DNA of 64,000 bases from Amoebophrya sp. A120 (Eukaryota; Protista; Dinoflagellata): assembly GCA_905178155.1 (NCBI GenBank), contig CAJINV010000001.1, forward strand, positions 16,182,142 through 16,246,141. The letters run 5' to 3'. Below are positions 11,125-24,512 of this stretch, piece after piece (the first letter of the stretch is position 1; the number at the start of each line of letters is the position of its first letter). Position numbers and translations under genes: made by a program. The notes under the pieces were generated by a model. That model was given only the letters and a program-made list of their open reading frames with translations. It ran no database searches and was not told the origin of the DNA.

Positions 11125-14100
11125 ATGGCAGCGGAGCAAGCATACCGCACTCACGATGAGTATGCGGTCACGCTCCAAAACCTGCTGGCCACCGAGTCTG
11201 CTGAAAAGGAAATGTCCCAAGGAGAGCTTCACAGGTACTAGTATTTCCATGGTTTAAGATTACCATTGTTGTCGTCGTCATCGAATGTTGTTTGTATGTT
11301 CATCGTGGACCGGAAAAAGCACGGCCTGTATGGGATCGTGGAAAAATAAATTGGCGCTTTCAGGTGGAAGAAGACGATTGACAGTCACCGGCGACAGCTG
11401 GTGAGCTTGATCCAGGACGGCATAAATCGCAAGGGCGAAAATGTGTGGAAAAGGCTGCAGGACGAGGTGCAGACATTTGAGGAGGATCTCCGGAAGCTCC
11501 AAAGCAAGGGCGCCGACGCTGACGGAGAGGGCGGTACACTTTGATTTGATGTACCCGCGGAAGTTCTGGAAAGGGCAATAAGTAGAATTGTTGCGTCGAG
11601 CTGATGTTTGTTGTGGGTGCTTTCGGTTTATTTATTAAGAAGAGCGCATCATGAAACTCACCGCGCAACATCAGGGTCCCCCCGGCGCACGTACGATGTG
11701 CTACGAGCAAGTTTGAATGAGACGCAGCGACGGTGCGAGAGCCTGAATAGCGATATGATGTCCCAACAGGAAGCGAACGGGCAGTTGGTTTCGAGTCTAA
11801 ACACCTGCAAAAACAACAACAAGGAGCTGCTGCAGCAGATTCAGCAACAAACCGCCGAAATCACGCGGCTCACCCAAGAACGCATCGCGGACGAGCAGAA
11901 GATGGATTTGATGCAGAGGCATCACAGACAGGAGGAAGAAACGTGGAAGCAAGACGGCTATCGCCGGCTCCATGTGCTGCGGGACCAGGGGGATGAAAGG
12001 TATATTTATTTTCAACATCTTGCGGATTCACTTCGCGAATGTGCAAACAAAAACATTCACACGTTGTATTCTGATCCGCAATTCTTTCCCACCGTGAGGA
12101 TTTCACCAAAAAGGTTTTCTACTACCGCCACGCACTTGACATCCAAGTTGAAGTTTGTGCAAGCCCGAGGCGCGGTTCTACAGGAGGAAACGGAGGGTCT
12201 TCGCGCACAGACGGGCGAGCAGCGCTCGCAGCTCTTGGGGATGAAGGACAGCATGCTGAACTCGTTTCAAGGAGTCAATGTCCGAATGCTGCAAGAAATG
12301 GACGCCAAAGAGAAACAGCACCGCGCCACCAGAGAAAAGCTGAAGGACCGCATCAAGGACCTGGAGCTCAAGCTTATGGAGGTATCTAGTACACCCAGTC
12401 AATTTTTTTCCGCATTGCTGCGCGACGGCAACACGCGCATGAATCTTCTAAAGCGTTTTGGTATCTTTTTGCATATGAAGATCATGATGTGACACGAAGC
12501 GTGCTCCTTCCCATTATGAAGTCGAAACGTCACCCCCAATACCCCAACAGGAACACGAGTTCCACGGGCACGAGGTGAGTTCGTGGTCGCATCGCTATGT
12601 CGGCGTGCAGGCGGAGAAGGAAGATTTGCAGGCACGCATGGACCGGGAGCTGAGTATGCTGACGGCGCAGAAACAGGGGTTGGACCGCAGCGTGAAGGCG
12701 GAGCTGAACCTGTACGAGACGGAGCTGGGCAAATTGAAGAGCACGATTCAGGACTGCCAAAAGGCGCGATCCGACCTGGAGAAGCAACTGGACGACGCGA
12801 AAAGGGAGGTGTTTCGCTTGCAGTCGGTCTACGGCAGCATAGAGACGGAGGTGCAGTGCAAGGACTCGGTCGTGAGCGACCTGCGGAAGCAGCTGCGCGA
12901 CGCCGACGACGCGCTGTCTGCCGCCGTGGCGGGCAACGAGCACTTGCGGTGCCAGATGGAGGAGCAGCGGCTGCGGTTCCAAGACATGAACGAGGGCGAG
13001 GCGGCCCGGCTCCGGAACTCCTACGAGGAGAAGGTGCAGAAGCTGCAGGAACAGCAGCAAAACGAGACCCAGCTGCTCGAGTTCCAGATCAAGAGCCTCG
13101 ACGAAGTCCTCGGCGAAAAGGACCAGCAGCGGGAACGCCTCCTCAAAATGATGGAGCAGCTGCAGTCCGAGTGCGGCGTTTTGGAGCGGGACGTGGCCAT
13201 CTGGAAAACCACCTTCGACCAGGGGGTGCGGAACCGGCACGACCTAGAGCGCGAATACGCACTCTGTCGCCAGGAGTGGTACTCGCATTTTTGTTTTTGC
13301 TTGTTCGTGGAGTAAAGTAGCCCTGGTTTTGTTTATTGTGTTGATTTCAGCGAAGATAACTTATGATCTGTGCCTTAGGTTTCATCCGTCTTGCAGCCAC
13401 AGTAGCGATGACGAAAACTTGACGTGCGTGCTGTACCATTTCGGCATTAAGCTAGTGTGGTTAATAGCATCTAGCGAAAGAACTTATCGAATCATCACAA
13501 CAGGGCAAGACAGAAGCTTACGGTGATTGAGACCACAGAGACAAACGACAGCAAGCGACAAACGCTGGAAACGGAGCTGAAATTCCTTACCGACAGTTTT
13601 ATCGATTACAAACGCCAGGCTGCCAGCAAGGAAACGGAACTGCAAGGTAGTTTTACTCATCATGTATGCGACGTAGCTTCATATGCATGCTGCGAGCGCT
13701 CCTGGGTCATCTGAATGACTTGGCACGTCCAATCGGCCGATCGGTTGAACCAAAAACCGCAATCGTTCTCCAGGTCGCATCAACAGTTTCGAAGACGTTC
13801 TGAAGACCACGAAGGCACACCAGGCGGAGGCGCAGGCCTCCCTCACGGACGTACTCGACGTGATCGGCAAGACGAAGCAGGACGCCAGCCTCCAGTTGCA
13901 GATCTCCACGGAGACCTGCTGTCAACTGGAGCGCGACCTCGAGCAGAAGAAGCTGGAGTGGGACGAGGAGCGCAAGCGCCTCGACGTTTGCCTCGAAAAC
14001 GAGCGCCGGGACGCGTCGGATAGCAGAGAAAAGTACTAACAACATCTTCGAGACGTCTTGTTTCTACTAGTTTGTCGTTGCAAAATTGCTCTTCTGGTGT

Positions 14101-15010
14101 ACTGCTGATTTAAGGCATCCAGTCGTATCTTCAGGACAAGCCTCGTAAGTACAACAACTACTTCATGCTAGTATTTTACTGACTCTCGTCTTCCACTTCT
14201 ACGCACTAGCTGTAACCGTATCGCTCCCTCAGGTACGAGAAGTGGCGGGAGCAGCACGCGGTGGCGCTGAAGCAGGTGTCAGAGGAGAGCTCGGCGAAGA
14301 TTGGCGCGCTGGAGGACGAGAAGAAGCGGCGCGAGGAGCAGTTCGCGAAGGAGGAGGGTGGGTTGCAGGCGTCCATCCAGCAGAACCTCGGCAAGGTGGA
14401 GTCGCTGAAGCAGGAGGCCGGGCGGTTGCGACACACGGTGCAGGACGCGAACAACAAGTTCGCCCAGCTGCGCCACGAGGTGGAGCGGGAGGAGCGGGAG
14501 ATGCAGTTCCAGCACAACCAGTACTACGAGGAACTGAAAACGCTGGCCGCACAAGTCGAGGAGTCGAAGCGCAACGAGGCCACCATCTTGAAACACTTGG
14601 AGGCCACGGCTTTGCGGAACGACCTGGAAACCAAGCGCCTCGTGAAAGAGCTTGAGGAAACCAAAGGTAGCCACAGTGAATTGGTTTCCAGTGTGCATTC
14701 ACCTAGAGGAGGTTGATTTATTTGAAGTTTCAGTCGCACGGTATATGGAAAATAAAGAATGCTTTATTTTTGAGGATACTGTGGTCAGAAACACGCATGA
14801 AAATGAAAAATAGAAATCGGCGGCACGACGCTGGGCCAAGCGGAGCACAAGCTAAGCAAGTTCAAAGAGACTTACGCCGAGACGCTGGAGGGTACTTCGC
14901 AAAAGTACAGTCAGGAGCTGGGGAAGGAACAGCAACGCCTTGACACGCTCAGCCGCGAGAACGAACAATTGAAGACGTTTTTGCGTGAAGACATGGGCAT
15001 TGTTTCCTAG
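11125..15010 (+). CDS. Long coiled-coil protein; exons 11125-11234, 11364-11533, 11675-11999, 12114-12381, 12551-13278, 13504-13646, 13774-14032, 14233-14666, 14814-15010 (true start may lie upstream)
   Basis: Eight GT-AG introns each restore one continuous E/K/Q/L-rich heptad-like frame ending EDMGIVS*. Confidence 0.85.
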
Positions 15011-15882
15011 ACTCATAGATTTGAGCAGCTGTCGCGAAAGCGAAGCATTTTTTTTACCGGAATAGAAAAGTTTAGAACAGTAGTGAGAATAACCTTGTTA
15101 ACTGAATCGAGTATACTGACAGAAAAATTTAGAATTACTTATTTTAGCAAAACAGCGTTGACCGACGCGAAAGCCGCTAGGCGGCGAGAGAGAGAATAAT
15201 TAGTGAGAAGGAAACACGTCGCCTCTGTACCTCCCCTGGAGGTTGGTTGCGCTTTTATGTCTTTGGTTGTGTGCTCTCGCTTCTTTATCATGGTCCTATT
15301 TTTCATTTCGCATATTTCGACGCAGGAAATCGAAAACTCGTGAGGCATGAGGATTTCCCATTGAGTTTTTTCACTGACGCAAAAACAAAAATGAACGACG
15401 CTATTAAATACCGACTTTGAAGATAGCGGGGAGCAAACTGGTACTTGCATGATGGAACTAACGCGGCTTTGGTTTGTACATATGCGCAATTGATGAAGAT
15501 GAACACAACTACCTTTACATGAGTGAGAAAGTGTCGATATTCAAGCCAGCGAGTCTGACACGCGCAGCAACGCGTCGTGAGCCACAAGGCTTCTCGCAAA
15601 CCGATGTTTTTGAGGAGAAGGAATGAGCGAAGGGAAGTATTTGTATCTCCACGAAGAGATGTAGTACAGATGATGAAGCAGATTCAGTCCAAAAGATCTC
15701 TGATCTCGATGGAATGCCCGAGAACGTGAAAACAAAAAGTCAGCACCGACCATCTGTGGAAAGTACAGCAGAACTCGGCGCTTGAGTCCGGCGGGGGGAG
15801 AGATGAGAGTCTGAATTTGAGGTCCTCTAGGAGCATGTTCATGTTTGCATAGAAGCTCGATTTTGCCCCCACGGTCAGCACC

Positions 15883-18800
15883 ATGTCCCGTTTCCTGCGT
15901 TGGGAGATCGACGCGGTCTCGGAGACCGTCGTGAACTACAAGGTCTTTCTCTTGTCGTTCCTGTACGAGTTGACTCTTGCCCCCTTTTCGGGTTTGCTCT
16001 GCTGTCTGTTGGAAGGTGATAATTCCGCACGGAACCGCTACCTTATCCTCGACCGGAAGCAATTCGATATGTTTTGGGGCAACAACCGTTTCGAGACGCT
16101 ACAGAACATGGTTTGGATATTCAATGATCACTTTATGTGCGTCTTGTTCGTCTTCTATCTGTGGGCGAACATGGACGTGCGGAGGAAGATTGATGAACTT
16201 AAGTCGTCCAATGAATTCTGGTGCCGCCATTTCCTCTTCGAATGGTTCTTTGTTCACGACTACAAGTTCTACGCAGGAGCTGCAACCCGGTATCGAGAAC
16301 TACGGTGATAATTTAGACGCGGTGGACGGGATGCTTTCGTATCTGATCCTGGTGGACATTCATTACTATGACTTGCTGTTTTTGCTGCTGGTCAAGGTCC
16401 ACAAGTCGTCTTGCATCGCGCTCAAGTACGCGACTTTTGGACTGTCGGAGATGCGGTTAGTGCGGTCGGACAACAACTTCTACGTGGACATGGGGTTCAC
16501 CGAGCGCAGAATGGGGTTCGATTTGTTCTACGACGGCAGCGGTTGTTACGAGCAGCACGTGCTGGAGCAGCTTTTGCTCAGTTGCTTCCGCACGGCCGAG
16601 CTGATCCGCGGCGTCGACTGTGTGCATTTCCGGTTGGACCCCTTGAGTGCGTATGACGTCGAGGAGGAGTTAGAGCAACTGATGATACGGGAACAACAAG
16701 AGCAGCAGCAGCAGCTTGGAGGTCTGCAGTTCCAAAATCATGACGCAGAGCTGCACAGGGGCACTATCCCCATGGATGCACGGTCCTCTGGAAGTTTGTA
16801 CGCTGCGCCAGAGGTTTTGCTGCTCGCACAAATCGTTGAGGGTCTCGTGGACAGATTGCTCGCGGAGAACAAGGGATTGCGGGCAAGGATCTTGCTAGCG
16901 GAACAGCAAAGTCCTCGAGCTGGATATGAAGTAGAGGCGGTTAAAGGCAGCAGGTCTCTGGCGGATAAAAAGTTTCTCGCGTTCTCGTGGCTGGACCATT
17001 CGAAACTCTTTCTGGACTGCATCAACCTGCCCGAGGTCTTCACGACCGTCAAAAAGGGGGCTTTGCCGCTCACGCAGGAGGCTGCCGTCAAGTCGACCCT
17101 GAACAAGTGGGGAGATCTCCAAGCCTTGCTTGGGGTGTCCCGGGAACTGACACGCGAGATCGAGCGGCAGTGGCCGACGATCGATGCGGAGGCTGTGTTC
17201 GGTCAGGAAAGAACCGCAGACGAGGTCGACGTCCAGCTTGGTGGCGAGGCACTAAATGAAGGCGGAGGTGAGTTTTCAAATAAGCCGTGGCAATGGTATA
17301 TGCAGTCACGAAAAGACGTGCAAAAGCTCGTAGTTAAGGTATTTTTCAATGCGGCGTCCTCATCAAAGGCACGTGGGGACGAGGCAACATCATTGGACGG
17401 CTCGTTACTGCGGGCGGTGTGTGCGCGGCTGGGAGTCTTCGTGGACGAGGAGAACCATGGGGAATCTGCTGACACGAAGATGCCGTGGCCGGGGAGTGTT
17501 GATCACTATGCTCCATCTTCTGCAGACGGCGTGCCCAAGCACGCAACCGACTCATCCGCCGCCGGCGTGGCGACGCTCTCGGTTCCCCTGCCGGCGACCA
17601 CAGTGTCGTACGTTCTTGCTTGCCTGGCGTGCAAGCCCGATGACATGATGGGGGCAATCTCGGGATCGATCATTCTCTTCGCGCTCGTGGCACCTATGTT
17701 GCTGAACAATTTGGTTCGACTCATCCAGACCGGCGCTTTTCTGAGTCAGTACTCGCACATCGGTTCGATCCTTCATTTATGCCGGCTTTTGCCGATGTGG
17801 GGCATCGGGGGCGCGTATTGGGCGTGCATTAGCTTTTTGATTTTCACAGTTTTGGAGATGAGGAAGCGTTACCGCATGGCAACGCTCTTCCTGGCCACCT
17901 TCGGCGATCGGGAGGCTTTGCTGGAAGTTGTTCAGGAACAGTTTGCCGACGGAGGTGATTCACGCGGCAGCGATGAGGCCCGAAGCGACACTTCTCCTGG
18001 TGATGACGACTGGGATCATTTAAATGGATCCGACAGTGATCCTGATCCTCTCGGCCTTGGAGTTTTGTTTCCAGACCGAAAAAATCGTGCAACCAAGAAA
18101 AACTCCGAAACGGGGGCGAACAAAGTGAGTCCGAATCCGGTCCCGTTTGCGCGGGCACTCAACATAGACGCAGTCCTCGATCGGGAGATAGAGCGCAAGA
18201 GAACTACAAAGACGGCAAATAAAGATGTTGGCGCTCCGTCCGTTGCAGGGACCTCTCACCCGCTAGGTTTGTCCGAAGAGGCCCAGGCGGAAATCAAGGC
18301 CATTTACGAGTCGCGGTTCCGCGATTTCCGGCTCGCGACGAATCTGCTCGCCCTGAATTCCCCCGAAGACCTCCTCGCGTTCCGAGTCGTGGCGATGCTG
18401 ACGGGCGGAACCTTTTTGGGTAACGCCGCCGCGCGGTATTCAAATGCGGACGCTATTGCGCATTGGTGCTTTCTCTGTCTCTGTGTTGGCCTCATCGTCC
18501 ACATGATCCTGGCTATGCCCGACCTTCAGGAAGATGATGGTAACTCGAACACCGCCTCCGAGTCCGATGGCAGTGCTAGGCCGTTGCTCTTCCCGCACCT
18601 GGCCTCTCCGCGGCCCATCCATCGCGAGTACGGTCTTTACTGGCCGCCGCTTGTGGAAGCGGGTTTTTTCGTGTGTTGGTTCAGTCTGGGAACGGCCGGG
18701 GCCGTGTTTTACGGGACGCAGGTGAACAGAGGCGCTCCGAGAATACTGAGCATCGTCCACCGCGCGAAGCGAAATTACGACAAAGTGTTTTTTAAGAAGC

Positions 18801-19756
18801 TGGAAATGTACGAAAAGTACGTATCTATGCGGAAGGGGAGCACGAGAGCTGACGCAGAGGACACCATAGACGCTACCCTAGAGGTAGACGGCAGCAGTAT
18901 TTTTAACAGTGGCCGGCCTCAAGCGGAGCCGATCGCGGGATTCTCGTCGCGATTGAATGCCGAGGACATTCAGAAGCTGGACAATGCTCCTGCGCTGCCG
19001 GTGGGGTTGTCTGGAACTACTGCTGTGACGCTAGAACCGACGACAAGAAGTACGGCTCCCAGACGCTCGGCGTCCTCGATGTCACGTGGAGGGATGTCCA
19101 CGGTGTCGAGCTCGTCGCGATCGTCGGTTCTCCGGAGTGTGGAGTCGAGTCTGATCGGAAGTGAAGTTGAGGAGGGCGCGTTGAGTCGGCAACCAAATCT
19201 CGTGGACACCGTGAAGGACCAGTACGAGCGCCGCTACAGGGCCAGCAAAGAAAAATTCAGGGTGATGCAAACGTTGCAAGAAGAAGACGAGGAGTTTGAG
19301 GTCGCGCCAACAGGAGCACAAGCGGGCGCAGAGGAGAATATCGACGGAGCACTAGAGCCGCGTGGAAATAACGGACTCTACGGGAAGATGAAAACTGGGC
19401 GCCCCTGGTCGTACCTGGATTTGGGCCTAGTCGAAGATCCCGAGCCACTCGCAGCAGTTGCATCTCCGAATGGGTTCGGTTTTGCAGACTTCGCGCAACT
19501 GAATGTCACCACCGACGACATCAAGCAGCTGAAGTTGGACCGCGAGCTTTTCCAGGACACTGCCACCAGCGTTTTGGCCGACCTGGACCAGTATTTCCAA
19601 CAGCATCCGGCAAAGATCATGTTTATGCCGTGCACCGTCGAGTTGTTCCGGGTCATTTACGCGGCCCTCGCCACGCTCGCCGGTGTCATCCTGGCCGCTC
19701 TATACTCCAAAGGAGTGCTCTTCTCGCCGTTCGCCTTTCTCGACTCTGGCGCCTGA
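15883..19756 (+). CDS. Large multi-pass membrane protein of unknown family; needs a +1 frame change between ~16170 and ~16290
   Basis: A 141-aa ORF overlaps a 1259-aa ORF with several hydrophobic TM-like segments (SIILFALVAPMLL, WACISFLIFTVL, WCFLCLCVGLIVHMIL, VIYAALATLAGVILAALY). GT-AG introns such as 16177-16276 or 16203-16266 could join them. Confidence 0.75.
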
Positions 19757-20832
19757 TCCCAGTGATGTTGAGAGGAAATCAGTAGAGTGTGGTTGTTTCT
19801 GTTATTTCTTGTTGTTTCCGCAGTTTGATGTTTCTGGAGGCGATCTTAGATTAGCGCTCGGTTGGGTGAGGTCGCCGCCGCTATCGTCAGCCGGTGGATC
19901 TAGTATGTTCGCAGCAAACCTCCGAAGTGGATATTTGGAAGCCCGGAACTTTCTCTATTGTAAAGACCGACGAACACAAGAATATTCACTTCATAACTAC
20001 ATTTGTGCTTCTTGGAGCAGGGAAGGGGCAGTTTAGTAGATTCTTCCTTGCAAGCATTGGGTCGAATTGTTTGTAAAGTAACTTAGCTGCGGAAGCGCCG
20101 CGCGAGCCCTGAAGCTTTGTCACCGAACAAAAGATTACGAGGGATGAAGCTGATGCTGAAGATACATGTTTGTTTCCGTATTCTGGTAATGTCAGTTTCA
20201 ATTGCTGCTATCGCAAAATCCCTGCGGCTGTTGCAGCGACTCACCTGCCATTTGTTTGTACCGGATCCATATCTTGCACTTCTGATTTTCAGAAGTTTCG
20301 ACTGAGGGCGTGATGCTCACTTTGTCCGTGATGAACTTTAATTTTTCTGATGGTTGACCTCGACAGAACTTGTTTCGATCCACGTCTTCAGCACACAAGC
20401 ACGACATCAAGGTGAACAAGATCATTGAGGCGTACAGATGCGACGTTTTCCCCTTGCGAAAGGCGTGCAGTTTTTGCACTGTGAACTTTGTTGATCGTTC
20501 TGCGCTTTTTCGATTTTTGTTGAGCAAAGTTTTGACGTAGACGTTTTTGTTTGCGCAAGGATGGAAGAAAAACAAAAACTGTGTGAAGTAGCACATACAC
20601 CAATCGGATCTCGTCCACATCGCGACGCACTTATTGCTTGTCACGAGATCATACACAACATACGAAGAAATTCAGGCACCAGGTCTGGATCGTCACCGCA
20701 TGCTATTGTAACTTAAGAAAGTGATAATTCAACAACACCAGCATACGCAAGTAGATTTGCCTTTGCCGCAGCATACTTGTTCCTTTGTACGCGTTTTGGA
20801 TTAATTCCATAAAGAACTTACCAAGAGGAAAA

Positions 20833-22935
20833 ATGTTGTCCACGTTGCGATCCGCGGGTCTCCGAGGTGCGAGCCGGCAGGCCGGGAGTGCGATGCGCAC
20901 TGGCGCCCTTACACGGTTGAATGCGGTACTTGCTCCTTCATCGCAGAACGCGTGCAGTAGCTGTCGTAACGGATGCGCGGCATGCAGCAGCGTGGCGCGA
21001 GCTTTCTCTTCTGCCGCAGTGAAGAAGCTTCAGACAGGTTTGTGAAGAGAAAAAACAATAATGCTTTAAGTAGACTTCTCGACCCGCAGAGCTTTAGCAT
21101 CCCCGCCTGGCTGTTTCATCCCCTTGCATACGGATTTTATCGTTTTAGGAGCTACAACTACTGAATTATACGCACTCACCTTTTGTTGATGTTTTCATGA
21201 GGTTTCCTAAACCTACATGCGAAGGAATTTAGTCGTGTTGCTATCCACCAAAACCAGGTTTGGCGCAGGAGCTCCAGCACGAGAAGGACAACTATGAGAA
21301 ACCCGCAGAGCTTTCTAAGGTGCCAGCCGGATGGAACTTCACAGAGGATGCAGGAAACGTGAACATGAAGCTCGAGAAGACGCTTGGTAGTGCAGTCTTT
21401 TTTCACGGACAGTGTTTTTTCTCTCGTGGGAAGTACGTATTTTATACACCTACATGCACAGTCTTCAGATCCTACTTTGGTCTACTTTTATGTTAGCGCC
21501 TCTCTATTCAGATGCACCTCTTGATGCCATCTTGAAAAAAACAGCTGGTGACCGAGTGTGTAAGGTTGAGTGGCAGCTGGTGAGCCCGCCAATGGCTTAC
21601 GAGGACGATCCGGAGTATCAGGAGGGGGAGACCCCTATGGATTGCAAAAGTGTCTGGGTCTGGAAGATTGCAACTTGTCATGGTAAATCTGAAGCATGCA
21701 AAAATCTGTTTTGCATGAGCGGCAAAAGCTGTCCACTTTTGACCAAGTTGGAAGGGAGTTTCTCATGCAGGACAGGCATGGCGGAGACTTCGCAGAGTCT
21801 GTCATGCTAAGTCCCGCATTCCAGACCTCATGGGTCATGGAAAATCTGCATGACAAGTCTACACTCTTCCAGACCCAGACATTTTTACATTTGATAACCC
21901 CAGAGGAGCCGACGGAAGTGGAGCTCACCGTCACCGTGGAAACCAAGGATGGAGCCGAAGGTACTTACAACTTCGAACACTTATTTCGACGTGGGAGCAT
22001 ACTTCTACTTGTTTAAGCCTCGTCACGAAACGTCCTTGTAGCAGGAGCCAGACTTCTTGCTTTTTTTTTCATTCGTTTGAGTGCAAACAAGCATGCTGAT
22101 ACTGCATCAAAGGTTTGACGTATTTCTGCTCGACGTCGAGCATGGAGGGGGCGAAGGAAGGTCCCAAAACGTCGCTTTCCATCGGGAACTTGAAGACGTG
22201 GAGCTCCGTCGAGGAGCGCGACAATGCCGCAGCTTACAACGGTCCGGAGTTCGATGACCTGGATGACCGATTGCAGGAGGCCATGGAAGAATACCTCGGT
22301 ACTACACATACAATGGGAGCTGCGCATTTTCTCTGATTGTGCTAGAAAATTATTCGTATGAAAATGAAAATGTTCTCAATCAGTGCATGATGGGATGATT
22401 GTCGTGTTGCAGAAGTAGCTCGATTTACGTCGACTTTATGAACCCCACCATCTAGAAATGCAAATGATTCGACATCACAAATTGAATGAAAACAGCGGAA
22501 ATCGGAGTCTCGGAGGAGGTACAGGAGTTTGTCAATGCAAGTGCTGCGGACAAGGAGCAGCGCGAATACATGCGGTGGATGGAGAATCTGAACAAGTTCG
22601 TCAAGGTATTGTGAGGAAAAATCCCCCCTCCCCATATTGAAATATTTCGTCTGAAAATTTGTGATGCAGATTTGAGGTGACAAATCCTGTCTGTCTTGCA
22701 AGAAGGCAAAGCCAGAGAATCCGCCGCATTATGCCGGCGGTTTGTGATGCGGTTGGGCTTACAGAGCCGACATCTGTCACGCTAGTCCCCTACGTCAAAA
22801 CCTCTCGACCCAGGCTTGGCATATGCCTGCAGTCCTCTCCAGCAAGACAGGCCTGATTTGTGTACGCAAATCCAGCATCAGAAACTTCGTTTCGATATGG
22901 GGAGGGGGGATTTTTCCCTTTGATGCAAGGCCTAG
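20833..22935 (+). CDS. MAM33: Mitochondrial acidic matrix glycoprotein MAM33/p32 (C1QBP family); exons 20833-21037, 21258-21386, 21545-~21635, ~21902-21960, 22113-22298, 22496-22605, probably 22930-22935
   Basis: Arg/Ser/Ala-rich transit peptide ending RAFSS; LAQELQHEKDNYE; YNGPEFDDLDDRLQEAMEEYLAEIGV; DKEQREYMRWMENLNKFVK. Confidence 0.92.
21636..21896. mobile_element. MITE-like introner occupying MAM33 intron 3
   Basis: ~47-bp imperfect terminal inverted repeat with perfect 17-bp core TGTCTGGGTCTGGAAGA (21651-21667 and 21865-21881); flanking 5-bp direct repeat ACCCC (21631-21635, 21897-21901). Confidence 0.85.
22606..22926. mobile_element. Second, unrelated MITE-like introner at the 3' end of the MAM33 CDS
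   Basis: Perfect 23-bp inverted core GGAAAAATCCCCCCTCCCCATAT (22615-22637 and 22895-22917); imperfect pairing extends ~100 bp inward; flanking direct repeat AAG (22603-22605, 22927-22929). Confidence 0.85.
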
Positions 22936-23904
22936 GTGACAGATTTTTTCGAACACGGCTGAAATGTATTTAGAGCAATACTGGTTTTGCCAAAACCACG
23001 ACGAACAGATGACATGACACCGACGACAGATACAAATGTGCGTGTACTTATTTTCAATGTAGGGGCTTTTTTGGCATTGAGATTGATGCATAACAAAGCC
23101 GTCATAAAATTTTCCGATTCTGTTGTTGTCTTTTTCTTTTGCAACAGCACGTCATAGCTGCCACACGCAGCGCTTCTTAACTTTTGACACACTTTAAGTG
23201 GCCGTTCCGAAAGGATCAGGCTACAATTTCCTGCTTTTGAGAACTCAGAACATACTGGATCCACTAAAGAAAAACTCGTTGCCTTTTTGTAGCGAGAATT
23301 CGTATGACCACACAAAAATGACGACTCTCGACGGACTCTTCTTTGTAGCGTTTTTCTGATTAGCGACCGACCACGTCTTCTTCTTCTAGAAAATGATAAA
23401 TCAGACCACAAATTATCCATCGCTCTAGAAGGTTGAGGCGATAAAAACGCGAGCCACCTTTGAGCACAGACCGAGCGCTGCTCGCGCATGGGATTGCAGC
23501 CACCTTTGGAGCAACGTGTTTTTCCGTTTCCAAGCGTGAATTTCAGAACTACACAAAATTTTTCTCTAGACTCATTCACGGCCTTTCTATGTATCTGCGA
23601 GAGAAGACGGAGGCTAAAGAGCAAGAGGGTGAGACTGTGTCTGACTTGCAACTATACTGGTAGTAGTGGTTCTTGTTCCAGATCTAGCTAATACATGCGG
23701 TTTAAGGAACGAATGCTCCAAAGTAATGTATTCCAACTTTGATTTACACCCATTTCATCTAAAATCCAGCTCAGAAGTGTTGGTTTGAGGAGCAGCTGTT
23801 TATACAGAGACGTCATGGAAATACCAGGCGACTTGTGGTCGCATTTCACGTTTTCTCTGGTGTCCTGATGGACCCCGACGGACACGTTCACAAATCGCGG
23901 CAAT

Positions 23905-24512
23905 AGGGGCTCTGTCTGCGCGGGTGCAAGCCCGGAGCACTGCTTGAGCGCAGGATGTATTTGTGCAGGTTGTCTGTCCGGTACCTGTTCTTCGGCGTAT
24001 TCATCCGAAAAAATTTCGTTTCCGCACTTCATGTCCTGCGAAATGTCGGGAAGAAAAACTGGGGGACGCGGCAGCGGCTTCAACAGCGCGTTTCTGTCGC
24101 CCGAGAAAATGATCATGCCGTTGCAAAGGAGCAACAGACGCCTGGTAGCGTGACGCTCACGGCAAAATTCGCCGTGTCCACCGCGTCTAATCCTAATCAA
24201 GAAAAGAATGCGGACCCCGCGTACGCCGTGTTTCTGGACGCGCTGCGTTCCACCTGGTTCCCACTTCCAAATTCGGCTTCGTCAGGTACTACTGCCCTCC
24301 ACGAAAAATCACGGGCGGATCCGAAGTGTGGCCCCCCCGCAGACGACGTGCAGTTCCCGTCTTCGGCCGACGTTCAATGGGTGTGCGACCTCATGACGCA
24401 GAACAACAGTTCGTATCTCGGGCACCTGCACTACAAGCGGCTTGGCCCGACGGAAGCGTCGGACTACGTCGGGGATCCCCCAGCGCGGTCGGAGCTAAAC
24501 GTATCCGACTGA
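23905..24512 (+). CDS. Hypothetical protein, terminal exon or pseudogene
   Basis: ~200 open codons with exon-like GC/codon usage in the 3' half; the same frame stays open ~45 codons upstream past a single TAG; no motif. Confidence 0.35.
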
